DNA of 64,000 nucleotides from Gemmatimonadaceae bacterium (GTDB taxonomy: Bacteria > Gemmatimonadota > Gemmatimonadetes > Gemmatimonadales > Gemmatimonadaceae), in assembly GCA_051859245.1 (NCBI GenBank), contig JBHYGA010000006.1:32001-96000 (forward strand), given 5' to 3'. A program made the position numbers and the translations under genes. Within the stretch, counting starts at the first letter, position 1; every line of letters starts with the position of its first letter. Shown here piece after piece: positions 1 through 9,702 of the stretch. Under the pieces are notes generated by a model, which was not told the origin of the DNA, did not search any database, and saw nothing but the letters and a program-made list of their open reading frames with translations.

Positions 1-198
1 CGCGGTCGCGGACCTGCGGCATGGCGCGAGGCGATGGCCGTCGATACCAGCAATATGGCGACTGGTTCCGTTCATCTGGAACCCAGCCATGCAAACGGTG
101 ACCGAACTCTGACGACTGCCGTCGTACAGATGCGAGCGGAAACGGAACGTGCGACTATTCTGGGCGTACAGCGATACAGTGTAATGCTGCCCCGTTGA
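1..198 (+). CDS. Possible 3' end of a CDS entering the window
   Basis: Frame 1 is open from base 1 to TGA at 196-198 (RGRGPAAWREAMAVDTS...VMLPR*); no recognisable motif. Confidence 0.3.
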   Translation, partial: RGRGPAAWREAMAVDTSNMATGSVHLEPSHANGDRTLTTAVVQMRAETERATILGVQRYSVMLPR

Positions 199-300
199 CT
201 GATCGGAGATTTTGGTGACAAAGGACGAGACGCGACACAGGGTTCCTCGACAGTTGTGCGACAGCAAGGTCGCGCAGCGGGAGCTTGTCGCGTGACGTCG

Positions 301-2346
301 ATGCGATCGGTCTGGTGGCGCGTGGCGGGCATGAGCGCCGTGTTGGCGGCGTTTGCAGGTGGCATGTGGCTCGGCGAGCGGCGCGAGCAGTCGCGCCAGC
401 CCTGGGCGCGCGAACGGCTGCTGTCCACGGCGCTCGATTCGGTGCGGGTCAACTACCTCGACTCCTTGCCGGAAGGTGAGTTGATGCGCCGTGCGGTGAG
501 TGGCATGCTGCGCGAACTCCACGACCCGTATGCCGCCTTGCTCGAAAGCAGCGGTGCGTCGACGTACCGCGGCACACTGCGTGGCGAAAGTCAGGGGCTT
601 GGCCTGCTGCTGCGGCTGCGCGGGCAGTCGGTGGTGGTGCGACGTGTGGTGCCCGGATCGCCGGCCGCGCTGGCAGGCGTTCGGTCAGGTGACGTGGTGG
701 TGGCGGTCGATGGCCGAAAGGCCAACGAGGCCTGGAGTTCGCCCCGCCCCGAAATGACCTCGGATTCCGCCGGCGCGCGGTCGGCAGAAATGTTGAGCCT
801 CGACATCGTACGATTTGCCGCACGAGACACGGTCACTGTTGGTATAGTGCCATCTTCATGGCGTGCTTCTGCTGTTACAGACGTGTCGATGATTCTGCCC
901 ACGGTTGGCTTCGTCACGCTGGCGTCCTGTTCTACCGGCTCCACAGAGGCGCTCGAGGAGGCGGTTGAAGGACTGATCGACCGCGGCGCCAAATCGCTCG
1001 TGCTTGATTTGCGCGGCAACATGGGCGGGCTGTACGAGGAAGGGGTCAAAGCGGCGTCGCTGTTCCTGTCGCGTGGCGATCTGGTGGCTTCGCTGGACCG
1101 GCGCGGCAGCGCGGATCGTCAGGAACAGAGCGCCCGCCACACGCGCTGGCCCAACCTTCCGCTCGTCGTGCTCGTTGATGCAAACACCGCCAGCTCGGCC
1201 GAGCTGATCGCCGCGGCGCTGCGCGATCATGGACGCGCACTGCTTGTAGGCGACCACACCTACGGCAAAGGCTTCGTACAGCGGGTGGTCAACATCAATC
1301 CGGAACTGTCGCTGCGACTGACGACGGCGCGCTGGCTGTCGCCCGCTGGTACAGCGCTCACGCGTCGTGAGGAAAAGGGAGGGGTGGTGACAGGGGGGCT
1401 GGCGCCAGACATCAAGGTATGGCCCGCCGCTCGCATTGACCCATCGGCAGTACCTGCATCGTTGTCGCCGGTGATGGCTCGCACGTTGAGCGAGGCCGTG
1501 GATGCGGTGGTGGTGCAAGCCATGCTCGATGGGTCGAGCAACGCGCCGCTCCCATTGCTTGAGCGTCGTTTGCGCGACTCTCTGACCTCGGTGCTCTCGC
1601 GTTCGGAGTTGTCCACCGAACGACGCGAAGCGCTGCTCGGCGACGGCACGCGGGTGGCTGTGCGTCGGCTGCTGGAAATGTCCCGCGGCGAAGACGCGTT
1701 GTGGCAGTACGCAGCGCTCGACGATCCGGCGTTGCGCGCCGCGATCGATGTGGTCGCACCGGGCCGATTGACGCCGGCTGGCTTCGAGAATCCGCGTTCA
1801 ATCGCGGGTGACAGTGGCGCCGCGCAGGGCGATAGCCTGCTGGTTGCGCGTCTCTCGCAGTGGACCCTTCGGCGATACGCCGAGAGCGAAGTGATCTCGC
1901 CTGACAGCATTGCGCAGGCCCGGGCCGCCGGGCGCGAGTCGCCGTCGTCGGCGCGCATCATGGGGATTGTTGGCAACACGACACGTGACACCGTCATGGC
2001 CGTGCACTTCGGGGATCTCCCGTTCGCGCCGCCGCATGCGGCCGGTCGGCGGGTGCTGCTTGAGGATCCATCGGGCAACATGACCACGCTGGAGGCGCAG
2101 GTTCTGGCGCGCATCCCGGTGCGAGCGCCGGTGGCGCCGATCCGTAGCTCGGATCGTGGTGTTCGCTGGCGACACGGGTGGGCGTATCTCGTGGTGCTGC
2201 CTGAAAAGAGCGCCGCGGTACACGCGGGCGGTTATCCAGGGTGGCGCCTCGGTCCGCCACCTCGTGTGGCCACGCGGCCTCGGGCGAGAAGTTCGACGCG
2301 TTCGCGCGCCGCGAGCGAGCCGGTCGTGCGCGACAGTTCTCGCTAG
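301..2346 (+). CDS. S41A C-terminal processing protease (CtpA/Prc-like) with PDZ domain and long C-terminal extension
   Basis: N-terminal TM anchor, 'GMLRELHDPY', PDZ (VVPGSPAALAGVRSGD), LDLRGNMGG, catalytic ASSAE and TYGKG motifs; ATG at 301. Confidence 0.9.
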   Translation: MRSVWWRVAGMSAVLAAFAGGMWLGERREQSRQPWARERLLSTALDSVRVNYLDSLPEGELMRRAVSGMLRELHDPYAALLESSGASTYRGTLRGESQGLGLLLRLRGQSVVVRRVVPGSPAALAGVRSGDVVVAVDGRKANEAWSSPRPEMTSDSAGARSAEMLSLDIVRFAARDTVTVGIVPSSWRASAVTDVSMILPTVGFVTLASCSTGSTEALEEAVEGLIDRGAKSLVLDLRGNMGGLYEEGVKAASLFLSRGDLVASLDRRGSADRQEQSARHTRWPNLPLVVLVDANTASSAELIAAALRDHGRALLVGDHTYGKGFVQRVVNINPELSLRLTTARWLSPAGTALTRREEKGGVVTGGLAPDIKVWPAARIDPSAVPASLSPVMARTLSEAVDAVVVQAMLDGSSNAPLPLLERRLRDSLTSVLSRSELSTERREALLGDGTRVAVRRLLEMSRGEDALWQYAALDDPALRAAIDVVAPGRLTPAGFENPRSIAGDSGAAQGDSLLVARLSQWTLRRYAESEVISPDSIAQARAAGRESPSSARIMGIVGNTTRDTVMAVHFGDLPFAPPHAAGRRVLLEDPSGNMTTLEAQVLARIPVRAPVAPIRSSDRGVRWRHGWAYLVVLPEKSAAVHAGGYPGWRLGPPPRVATRPRARSSTRSRAASEPVVRDSSR

Positions 2347-2380
2347 GAGTCCGGTGTTCGCATTGTCGCGTGTGAAATCA

Positions 2381-4501
2381 ATGTCCCGTCTCGGTCGCCG
2401 TGCGGCCGTGCTCTCCGCACTCTTGCTGCTGCATGCGCCAGTCGCATTCGCGCAGCAAGCGGGGGATAGTACGCCGATGAAGCGGGGCGACACATGGAAT
2501 GATTCGGTCGCCCTTGCACGGGTCGCGAGCGCGATTGATCGCCGCGGTGTGCAACTCGCCGACAGCACGCTCGTGGACTATCAGGCGACCGCGCGCGGTT
2601 TTCTGGCGTTCCTTGCGCAGTTGGGCGAAGATTTTGCGGATCCGCCGCGTGTGGTGCAAACCGAGCAACTCGCACTGCGTGTGTCATGGTGGCAACCGGG
2701 ACGCAGCGCGCAACAACTCGTTGGCCGACGTGACACCACGTTGATGCCCGCCAGTGTGGGATACTATCGAGACCGCTACGGCGTGGTGCTCGACAACTTG
2801 CCGGATCGCATTCGACTTGGTGACGGATTTGATGTTGCCGATGTCCCGCATCCGCTCGCGCAAGGTGCCGACAGTCTGTACGAATATCGGCGCGGCGAAT
2901 CGTTCTCCATGCGCTTGCCCGATCGATCCGTCATTGTGCAGGAAGTGCAGTTCAGACCACGCGATCCAGCGAAGGCGCGTGCCGTTGGCAGCGTGTATCT
3001 CGATATTGAAACGTCGGCGGTCGTGCGGTTGCAACTCACGTTCACGCGCGCGGCAATTCTGGATCGGCGCATTGAAACGTTGGTGGTCACGCTCGAGAAC
3101 AGTCTGGTGCGCGGACGCTACTGGTTGCCGCGCCGACAGGAAGTGGAAGTGGTGCGACGCAGCACGTGGATGGATGTCCCGGCGCGCGGCATTGTGCGCG
3201 GTCATTGGGAAGTGTCGCAGTACACGGTCAATGAAGGTGTCGACGCGCTCACGCTCATTCTGCCAAAGTGGAGCAGTCTGTCACGTGATTCGCTTGAGAA
3301 GTGGGCGTTTGAGGGCGAAGTCGTAAACGTGTTGCCGCCGGATATGCTCGTCGCGCGCGATGCTGATGTACGTGACGCGCAGCTGCGCGCAGAAACGGCA
3401 TTGCGCTCAGCGGCATTGTCTCGACCCATGACGCTGGCGGCGGCAGGCCGCGGTGTCTCAGACGCGGTGCGCTATTCTCGCGCTGAAGGATTGGGGCTGG
3501 GATTTGGGTTGGCGCATCGTTGGCCGCAAGCGATCACACTGAGCGGTCGTCTGCGCTACGGCGTGGACGACGTATCGGCCAAGGGTCGTATCAGTCTGGA
3601 CAAACGTCCGGCACTTGGCGGCGCACCGATTGTTGAACTGTTTGCGGAACGACAGTATCGAGAGCTCGGCACACCGGAACGCGCGGGCGTGACCAACTCG
3701 TTCGCATCGCTGTTCTTTGGCAGCGACTACACATCGCCCGTAGATCTTCGCGCGATTGGCGTGCAGTGGCGACCGGGTAACGCGCGACACTGGTCGCTGC
3801 GCGCAGCCTACGAAGATGAACGTGCACTGGAGCTTGTGGCGCGTCCTCTCTCGGGAACGTTCGCCCCGATCAAGCCGGCGTGGTCGTTGCAAGGCGTGCG
3901 CGCCGACCTGGCACGCACGGGTCGTTTTGGTGAGACGGGCTTTCGAAACGGCTCGTGGACATGGCGTGCCATTGGATCGTCTGCGTCCGGTCGCGATGAA
4001 CGCGATGTCATCGTGCGCCCGCTCGCGTTGCGACTTGAAGCCGACGCATTCATGCAGTGGCCGTTGTCCAATGGCGGATTGATCGTTGCCAGCACGCTGC
4101 TGGGTACATCGATTGGCGGCGGTTTGCCACCGCAGTGGCTGCAGTACGCGGGTGGTCCGCGTTCAGGTCCCGGGTACGGGTTCCACGATTTTGTCGGGCG
4201 TGCGATGGCGTCACCGCACCTTGAGTGGCGCATACCCGTGCCGTTCCCGTCGTTACCACTGGGGAAATACGGCGCCTCGCCGTCGCGAATTCTGTTAGCG
4301 CCGTTTGCGCACGCCGTACTGCTGCACGGTGCGGATCCGAGCCCCACCGTGTCGCGCTATCAGGATGGTGTGTATCCGGCGGTCGGTCTCGGTGCCCTGT
4401 TGTTTTACGACTTGCTGCGCGTGGACGTCTCGCGCGGTCTGCACCGCGGCACGTGGCGCTTTGCGATCGATGTGGATCGTGCGTTCTGGGGCATTCTGTA
4501 G
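2381..4501 (+). CDS. Secreted/outer-membrane beta-barrel protein (DUF5686-like or BamA/TamA-like C-terminus)
   Basis: Signal peptide (AFA/QQ), amphipathic beta-strand pattern, aromatic C-terminus 'FAIDVDRAFWGIL'. Confidence 0.65.
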   Translation: MSRLGRRAAVLSALLLLHAPVAFAQQAGDSTPMKRGDTWNDSVALARVASAIDRRGVQLADSTLVDYQATARGFLAFLAQLGEDFADPPRVVQTEQLALRVSWWQPGRSAQQLVGRRDTTLMPASVGYYRDRYGVVLDNLPDRIRLGDGFDVADVPHPLAQGADSLYEYRRGESFSMRLPDRSVIVQEVQFRPRDPAKARAVGSVYLDIETSAVVRLQLTFTRAAILDRRIETLVVTLENSLVRGRYWLPRRQEVEVVRRSTWMDVPARGIVRGHWEVSQYTVNEGVDALTLILPKWSSLSRDSLEKWAFEGEVVNVLPPDMLVARDADVRDAQLRAETALRSAALSRPMTLAAAGRGVSDAVRYSRAEGLGLGFGLAHRWPQAITLSGRLRYGVDDVSAKGRISLDKRPALGGAPIVELFAERQYRELGTPERAGVTNSFASLFFGSDYTSPVDLRAIGVQWRPGNARHWSLRAAYEDERALELVARPLSGTFAPIKPAWSLQGVRADLARTGRFGETGFRNGSWTWRAIGSSASGRDERDVIVRPLALRLEADAFMQWPLSNGGLIVASTLLGTSIGGGLPPQWLQYAGGPRSGPGYGFHDFVGRAMASPHLEWRIPVPFPSLPLGKYGASPSRILLAPFAHAVLLHGADPSPTVSRYQDGVYPAVGLGALLFYDLLRVDVSRGLHRGTWRFAIDVDRAFWGIL

Positions 4502-4561
4502 GGCCGCTGATGTAATTTGTGCGACGTGCGTTACGCTCCCACGCCTTTCGCCCATCATCGC

Positions 4562-5176
4562 ATGCCCAAGTCATCGCCCGCGAAAACGTACGATCAAAAG
4601 TACTTCGAGAAATGGTATCGCGACCCGGTGCATCGGGTGCGTACGCCAGTGGAGTTTGCTCGACAGGTCGACTTCGCGCTGCATATGACAGAATGGGTGC
4701 TGCAACGTCGCGTGACGAGCGTGCTCGATGTGGGATGTGGCGAAGGGCAATGGGGTGTGGCGCTGCGCAAGCGTCGTCCGAAGTTGCATTACGTTGGTGT
4801 GGACCCGAGCAACTGGGCGGTGGAGACACACGGTGCGCGTCGAGGCGTTCGCTTGGGTGGGATCACGGATCTGGATGCCGTGCTCGATCCCGACGCGCAG
4901 TTTGACCTTGTACTGTGCGTTGGCATGCTCAACTATCTCGACGCGGCCACACTGCGTGTGGGACTACGTCAGGTAGCGCGCCGTACAGCGGGTGTCGCGT
5001 ATCTCGAGATTTTCGCGCACGGCGATGAATATGTGGGTGATACGGCGTGGCCCAAACCGAAGCCCGCCGCGTGGTATCGCACCACGTTGCAGAGCGCTGG
5101 ATTTATCCCGCTTGGGATGCAGTGTTACGTGACGCGTGCCGAAGCGGATCGGCTTTCGGCGATGGAGCGCGGATAG
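4562..5176 (+). CDS. Class I SAM-dependent methyltransferase
   Basis: VLDVGCGEG motif I, GVD motif II, FDLVLC motif. Confidence 0.88.
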   Translation: MPKSSPAKTYDQKYFEKWYRDPVHRVRTPVEFARQVDFALHMTEWVLQRRVTSVLDVGCGEGQWGVALRKRRPKLHYVGVDPSNWAVETHGARRGVRLGGITDLDAVLDPDAQFDLVLCVGMLNYLDAATLRVGLRQVARRTAGVAYLEIFAHGDEYVGDTAWPKPKPAAWYRTTLQSAGFIPLGMQCYVTRAEADRLSAMERG

Positions 5177-5299
5177 GCGACGCGATGTTCTTCGGCGGCG
5201 TTGGCGTTGGCGTTGTGCCGATGTGGCGTGCGAAACCCTCGCATCGTACGAGCGTAGGAGTGGAGGACGGACGTTCACTACACTCCCGGAGATCGTGTC

Positions 5300-5932
5300 A
5301 TGCGATGGTCAAGTCTGAATCGCGCCGCTCTTGCTGCGACGCTATTGCTCGTTACCGCCACGAGTCAGGCGCAGGCGCAACGTGAAGAAACACTGATCGG
5401 GCGCCGCGGTGGCACCAGCTACGGTGGATTCGGCGGTCCTGTCGTGAAGATCGGGCGAATCGCGGGTGAAGACGCCGTGTTCTCTGGCGGGCGCGGCGGT
5501 TTGATCATCAATCACAAGTTCGTGATCGGTTTTGGCGGTTACTCACTCGCGAGGGAGAATGTGCGGACCGGCTTTGCGTTCTCCAACGGAGACGAGCCCG
5601 CGCTCGGCCTCGACTACGGCGGTCTGGAGTTCGAATACGTTTTTCGTCCCTTCCGCCTTGTGCACGTCACCACTCACATGACGCTCGGCGGCGGAGAGGC
5701 CACGTACGAAACGCGCCGAGAGGTGGATGGCGCGACATCAACGCAGCGACTGGCGTCAGAGGTGTTTGTGCTGGAGCCTGCCCTCAACGCTGAAGTGAAC
5801 ATCACGTCGTGGTTCCGCATGGGACTGGGTGCCGGCTATCGATACGTCGACGGTAGCGACCTCCCGCGCGCGAACGACGGGGCGCTGAGCGGCGCGGTGG
5901 GTACGCTGACGTTCAAGTTCGGCAGCTTCTAG
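5300..5932 (+). CDS. Small outer-membrane beta-barrel protein
   Basis: Signal peptide (AQA/Q), Gly/aromatic alternating strands (YGGLEFEY, LGAGYRY), C-terminal FKFGSF. Confidence 0.75.
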   Translation: MRWSSLNRAALAATLLLVTATSQAQAQREETLIGRRGGTSYGGFGGPVVKIGRIAGEDAVFSGGRGGLIINHKFVIGFGGYSLARENVRTGFAFSNGDEPALGLDYGGLEFEYVFRPFRLVHVTTHMTLGGGEATYETRREVDGATSTQRLASEVFVLEPALNAEVNITSWFRMGLGAGYRYVDGSDLPRANDGALSGAVGTLTFKFGSF

Positions 5933-5979
5933 TCCGCGCGGTGCTCGCGCGGCGCGTGTTTGCGCGCTACGTATAGGAG

Positions 5980-6807
5980 ATGACTTCTCCCACCCAGTTT
6001 GCAGCAGACGTGGCCGCCGCGCGTCTCGCACATCGTTTTCCACCGCACCTTCGGGAGCGGGCCGAAGTGTTGGTGCGGCACTCGTTGCAGTTGCTCTTCC
6101 CGCATTTTGGTGCGCAGCCCTCCACCGAACCCGACGCGGTTCGTGTGGAGGTGGAGCAGCTCTCCCAGTTGGTGCGAGAGACCGTCGCGTCGGTCAGCGA
6201 TGATGCACACGCCGATCGATGCGCATTCGCCTACGCGGCCTCGCTCTTCGAAGTGCGTCACGCACTCACCGACGATGCGAACGCCCTGTTGCTCGGCGAC
6301 CCAGCGGCCGGCAGTCTGGATGAGGTGATTCTGGCCTATCCGGGCTTCCTCGCGACGGCAGTGCATCGCATTGCGAACGTACTGTATCGGGAGCATGTGC
6401 CGTTATTGCCTCGCCTGATGAGCGAATGGGCACATCGAGAGACCGGCATCGACATTCACCCCGGCGCAACGATCGGCAGTGGGTTTGCCATCGATCACGG
6501 CACCGGTGTTGTGATTGGAGAAACCACGACGATCGGTGACCGCGTTCGTGTGTATCAAGGCGTCACACTGGGCGCGCTCGCCGTGCACAAGCGTTTGGCG
6601 CACAGTAAACGACACCCCACGATCGAAGACGGCGTGGTGATTTACGCGAACGCGACAATTCTCGGTGGCGACACGGTTGTTGGCGCCGACAGTATTGTCG
6701 GGGGAAACGTGTGGCTCACGCATAGTGTACCACCACGATCGCGTGTGCAGTTTGAAAGCACGGTGGACACGCGGCCCGCAGACGATGGCATTGAGTTTCA
6801 CATCTGA
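5980..6807 (+). CDS. cysE: Serine O-acetyltransferase
   Basis: [40 protein letters not shown] hexapeptide motifs; directly upstream of cysK. Confidence 0.95.
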   Translation: MTSPTQFAADVAAARLAHRFPPHLRERAEVLVRHSLQLLFPHFGAQPSTEPDAVRVEVEQLSQLVRETVASVSDDAHADRCAFAYAASLFEVRHALTDDANALLLGDPAAGSLDEVILAYPGFLATAVHRIANVLYREHVPLLPRLMSEWAHRETGIDIHPGATIGSGFAIDHGTGVVIGETTTIGDRVRVYQGVTLGALAVHKRLAHSKRHPTIEDGVVIYANATILGGDTVVGADSIVGGNVWLTHSVPPRSRVQFESTVDTRPADDGIEFHI

Positions 6808-6837
6808 CGCTACCCAGCGTCTTCTTCCGGAGGATTC

Positions 6838-7755
6838 ATGCGCGCCGAATCGATTCTCGAGACCATTGGACGTACGCCCCATGTTCGCTTGCAGCGCATG
6901 TTCGATTCGCGGGTGGAAGTCTGGATGAAACTTGAGCGCGCCAATCCGGGCGGCAGCATCAAGGACCGCATTGCTCTTGCGATGATCGAAGATGCAGAGC
7001 GCTCCGGTGCGCTCACGCCTGGCAGCGTGATTGTTGAGCCAACGTCGGGCAATACGGGGATCGGGCTGGCCATGGTGGCGGCGGTCAAGGGCTACAAGTT
7101 GGTGCTGGTGATGCCCGAGTCCATGTCTGTGGAGCGCCGTCGCATCATGGCCGCGTATGGCGCGACGTTCGAACTCACGGCGCGCGAACTCGGCATGAAG
7201 GGCGCCATGGCGCGCGCGAACGAGCTCGCGGCATCGATGCCGAATGCATGGATGCCCCAGCAGTTTGACAATCCGGCCAACATTCGAGTGCACGCCGAGA
7301 AAACGGCGCGCGAGATTCTTGAAGACTTTCCATTGGGCCTCGACTGCATGATCACGGGTGTGGGCACGGGCGGACACATTACCGGCTGTGCGGAAGCACT
7401 CAAGGCGAACTGGCCCGGATTCCGCGTGCTGGCCGTGGAACCGCTCAAATCACCGGTGATCAGCGGTGGCGCGCCATCTCCGCATCGCATTCAGGGCATT
7501 GGTGCGGGATTCATTCCGGCCAATCTGCACACGTCCGTGCTCGACGGCACTGTACAGGTAACGGAAGAAGACGCGATGCTGATGGCGCAGCGGGCAGCGC
7601 GCGAGGAAGGCATCTTCATCGGCATATCCTCCGGTGCGTCGCTTGCGGCCGTTGCACAAACGCTGCCGGATCTGCCCGACGGCTCACGCGTGATCACGTT
7701 CTGCTATGACACGGGCGAGCGGTACTTGTCGATTGACGGACTGTTTCCGGTGTAG
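6838..7755 (+). CDS. cysK: Cysteine synthase A
   Basis: [14 protein letters not shown] (PLP lysine), [29 protein letters not shown]. Confidence 0.96.
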   Translation: MRAESILETIGRTPHVRLQRMFDSRVEVWMKLERANPGGSIKDRIALAMIEDAERSGALTPGSVIVEPTSGNTGIGLAMVAAVKGYKLVLVMPESMSVERRRIMAAYGATFELTARELGMKGAMARANELAASMPNAWMPQQFDNPANIRVHAEKTAREILEDFPLGLDCMITGVGTGGHITGCAEALKANWPGFRVLAVEPLKSPVISGGAPSPHRIQGIGAGFIPANLHTSVLDGTVQVTEEDAMLMAQRAAREEGIFIGISSGASLAAVAQTLPDLPDGSRVITFCYDTGERYLSIDGLFPV

Positions 7756-7764
7756 CGTTGTACG

Positions 7765-8979
7765 CTAGCTGAGCAACCGCGCGAGCACGCTCCACAGTGC
7801 TCGTGTGCCCAGCGTGAGTGTGACGACGACAATCACTGCGCCGGCGATATTCGCGCTCACGCCGTTCGCGTGCTCGCCAAGTGTATTGCGATCATTCATC
7901 ACGAACACCAGAAAACCGGCAATGATTGGCAGCAAGAATCCATTTGCTGCCTGAGCGGCGAGAATTGCGGGCAGTGGTTGTACGCCACTGATTGCGACCA
8001 GCAATCCTGTGGCAATTACGGTGAGCCACACAGCGCGCAGGCGTGCATCGCGCAAATCGCGTGGCCAGCCGAGCACGCCGGCTACCGCCCATGCCGCGGC
8101 CATCGGCGCGGTGATCGCGGATGTCATGCCGGCTGCAAACAGGCCGAGTGCAAAGACAACCGTGGCCCATTCGCCGAGCAGCGGTGTGAGTTGCGCGGCC
8201 ATGCTGCCTGCGGAATCCACTGTGGCGCCGCGCGCACCAGCAGCGGTAGCGGTGACAACGATCGCCATGGAAACGAGTCCACCGAGGCCAATCGCGACGA
8301 CCGAATCAAGTCTCGCCGCGAGCAGTCGATCGCGTGGTGTTCCGTCGGTAAATCGTTCGGCCGCTGCGCTGGCGTGCAAGAACAAGTTGTACGGTACGAT
8401 GGTGGTCCCGATCAAACCGAGCGCCAGCAACGCGGAGCCTTCGGGTAGCCGCGGCCGCACGAGGTCACGCACAATCGCGCCCCAATCGGGAGAGACGGCG
8501 ACGGCAGTAATCAGAAACAGCAACGACATGATGATCACAAGCGTGACCAGCACTCGCTCGATCACGCGATAGCGACCCGTGAACAACAGGAGCGCCGCGC
8601 AGCATGCAACAACTGCGGCCCAGATGCGCGGTCCACCGGTCAACGCGATATCGAGACCGAGTGCGGCGCCGAGCAGGTTGCCGGTCTGGTAGGCGGCGTT
8701 TCCGCCGGCGATTGCAAAGATGACAAGTGACACGACGAACGTACGTGCCACTCGTGCTGTCACGCGCTTGCGCAGCGCCTCACCAAGTCCGAGACCGCCG
8801 ATCGTGCCAAGTCGCGCGGACATTTCCTGCAGAATGATCGTGCCGATTGTAGCAAACGCGAGGGCCCAGAGCAGCGTGGTCCCGCTGCGCACGCCCGCGA
8901 GCGTACATGTGGTGACTGTGCCAGGTCCAATGAACGCGGCGGCAACCAGCGCGCCGGGACCGATGCGAACTCGGGCCAC
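7765..8979 (-). CDS. NRAMP-family divalent metal transporter
   Basis: GPGALVAAAFIGPGTVTT, QEMSARLG, GTTIVPYNLFLH; multi-TM. Confidence 0.9.
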   Translation of the reverse strand: MARVRIGPGALVAAAFIGPGTVTTCTLAGVRSGTTLLWALAFATIGTIILQEMSARLGTIGGLGLGEALRKRVTARVARTFVVSLVIFAIAGGNAAYQTGNLLGAALGLDIALTGGPRIWAAVVACCAALLLFTGRYRVIERVLVTLVIIMSLLFLITAVAVSPDWGAIVRDLVRPRLPEGSALLALGLIGTTIVPYNLFLHASAAAERFTDGTPRDRLLAARLDSVVAIGLGGLVSMAIVVTATAAGARGATVDSAGSMAAQLTPLLGEWATVVFALGLFAAGMTSAITAPMAAAWAVAGVLGWPRDLRDARLRAVWLTVIATGLLVAISGVQPLPAILAAQAANGFLLPIIAGFLVFVMNDRNTLGEHANGVSANIAGAVIVVVTLTLGTRALWSVLARLLS

Positions 8980-9000
8980 GCGAGTAGGCGCGGCCTCAGC

Positions 9001-9582
9001 CTACAGTGAGTCGAGCAAGTCGTCGATCGCGCGCTTATCTGCGTCGCGCAGCTCGTCTCCGCCACCAATGATCTTTTGCAGAATATCAACCGCTTCTGCT
9101 GCAAGATCTTCGGGATGGCGTCGGTCTTTTTCGAACCGCACGATATGGCCGAGCAAAATGGTCTCGTACGGATGCGCGGGCCCGTTGTCTTCGTCGCTTT
9201 CGCTCTCTTCGTAACTCGGCACACTCGCCTTCCACGGCTCATGCTCATGGGCGGCTTCTTCGAGCGCATCGCGCGGGACCAGCGCGAACAACCGACACTG
9301 CAGGCCAGGCGATTCTTCAAACGCGAAGAGTCCAATCGGCAGCGGCTCTTCGAACAGCTTCAGGGCAACAAGGCGATCAATTGCCTCGGGGGGCATCGCG
9401 CATCGCGCGACCAGTCGCCCGTCGATGTACGCGGCGAGCGCACTTGACTCGGGTGCGCGCGGATCCTCGAGGCGTGAGACAGACAAGCGAATGGGCTCCC
9501 GCGTGGTGACAAACACGGCGGGGCGCGATTCGCTGTCGTTCTCGTCGTCGCTGTTGGTAAAGTCGAGCGGATCGTCAGCCAT
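9001..9582 (-). CDS. Hypothetical acidic cytoplasmic protein
   Basis: 193 aa ORF, co-oriented with neighbours, D/E-rich, 'EPWKASVP'. Confidence 0.7.
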   Translation of the reverse strand: MADDPLDFTNSDDENDSESRPAVFVTTREPIRLSVSRLEDPRAPESSALAAYIDGRLVARCAMPPEAIDRLVALKLFEEPLPIGLFAFEESPGLQCRLFALVPRDALEEAAHEHEPWKASVPSYEESESDEDNGPAHPYETILLGHIVRFEKDRRHPEDLAAEAVDILQKIIGGGDELRDADKRAIDDLLDSL

Positions 9583-9702
9583 GGCGGCGAATGGGATGGC
9601 ACGAAATGAAGACAGGGCGTTTTGGCGCCACCTGCAGGTTAGACACCGGACGTCGTGATATAAAGCCCATCGTTAGCCCGCACGCGCGGAACCTCGCGCG
9701 GG

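Noticed and set aside
5190..5222. GGCGTT x3 short repeat in an intergenic region
   Set aside because: Too short; no spacers and no recognisable RNA structure.
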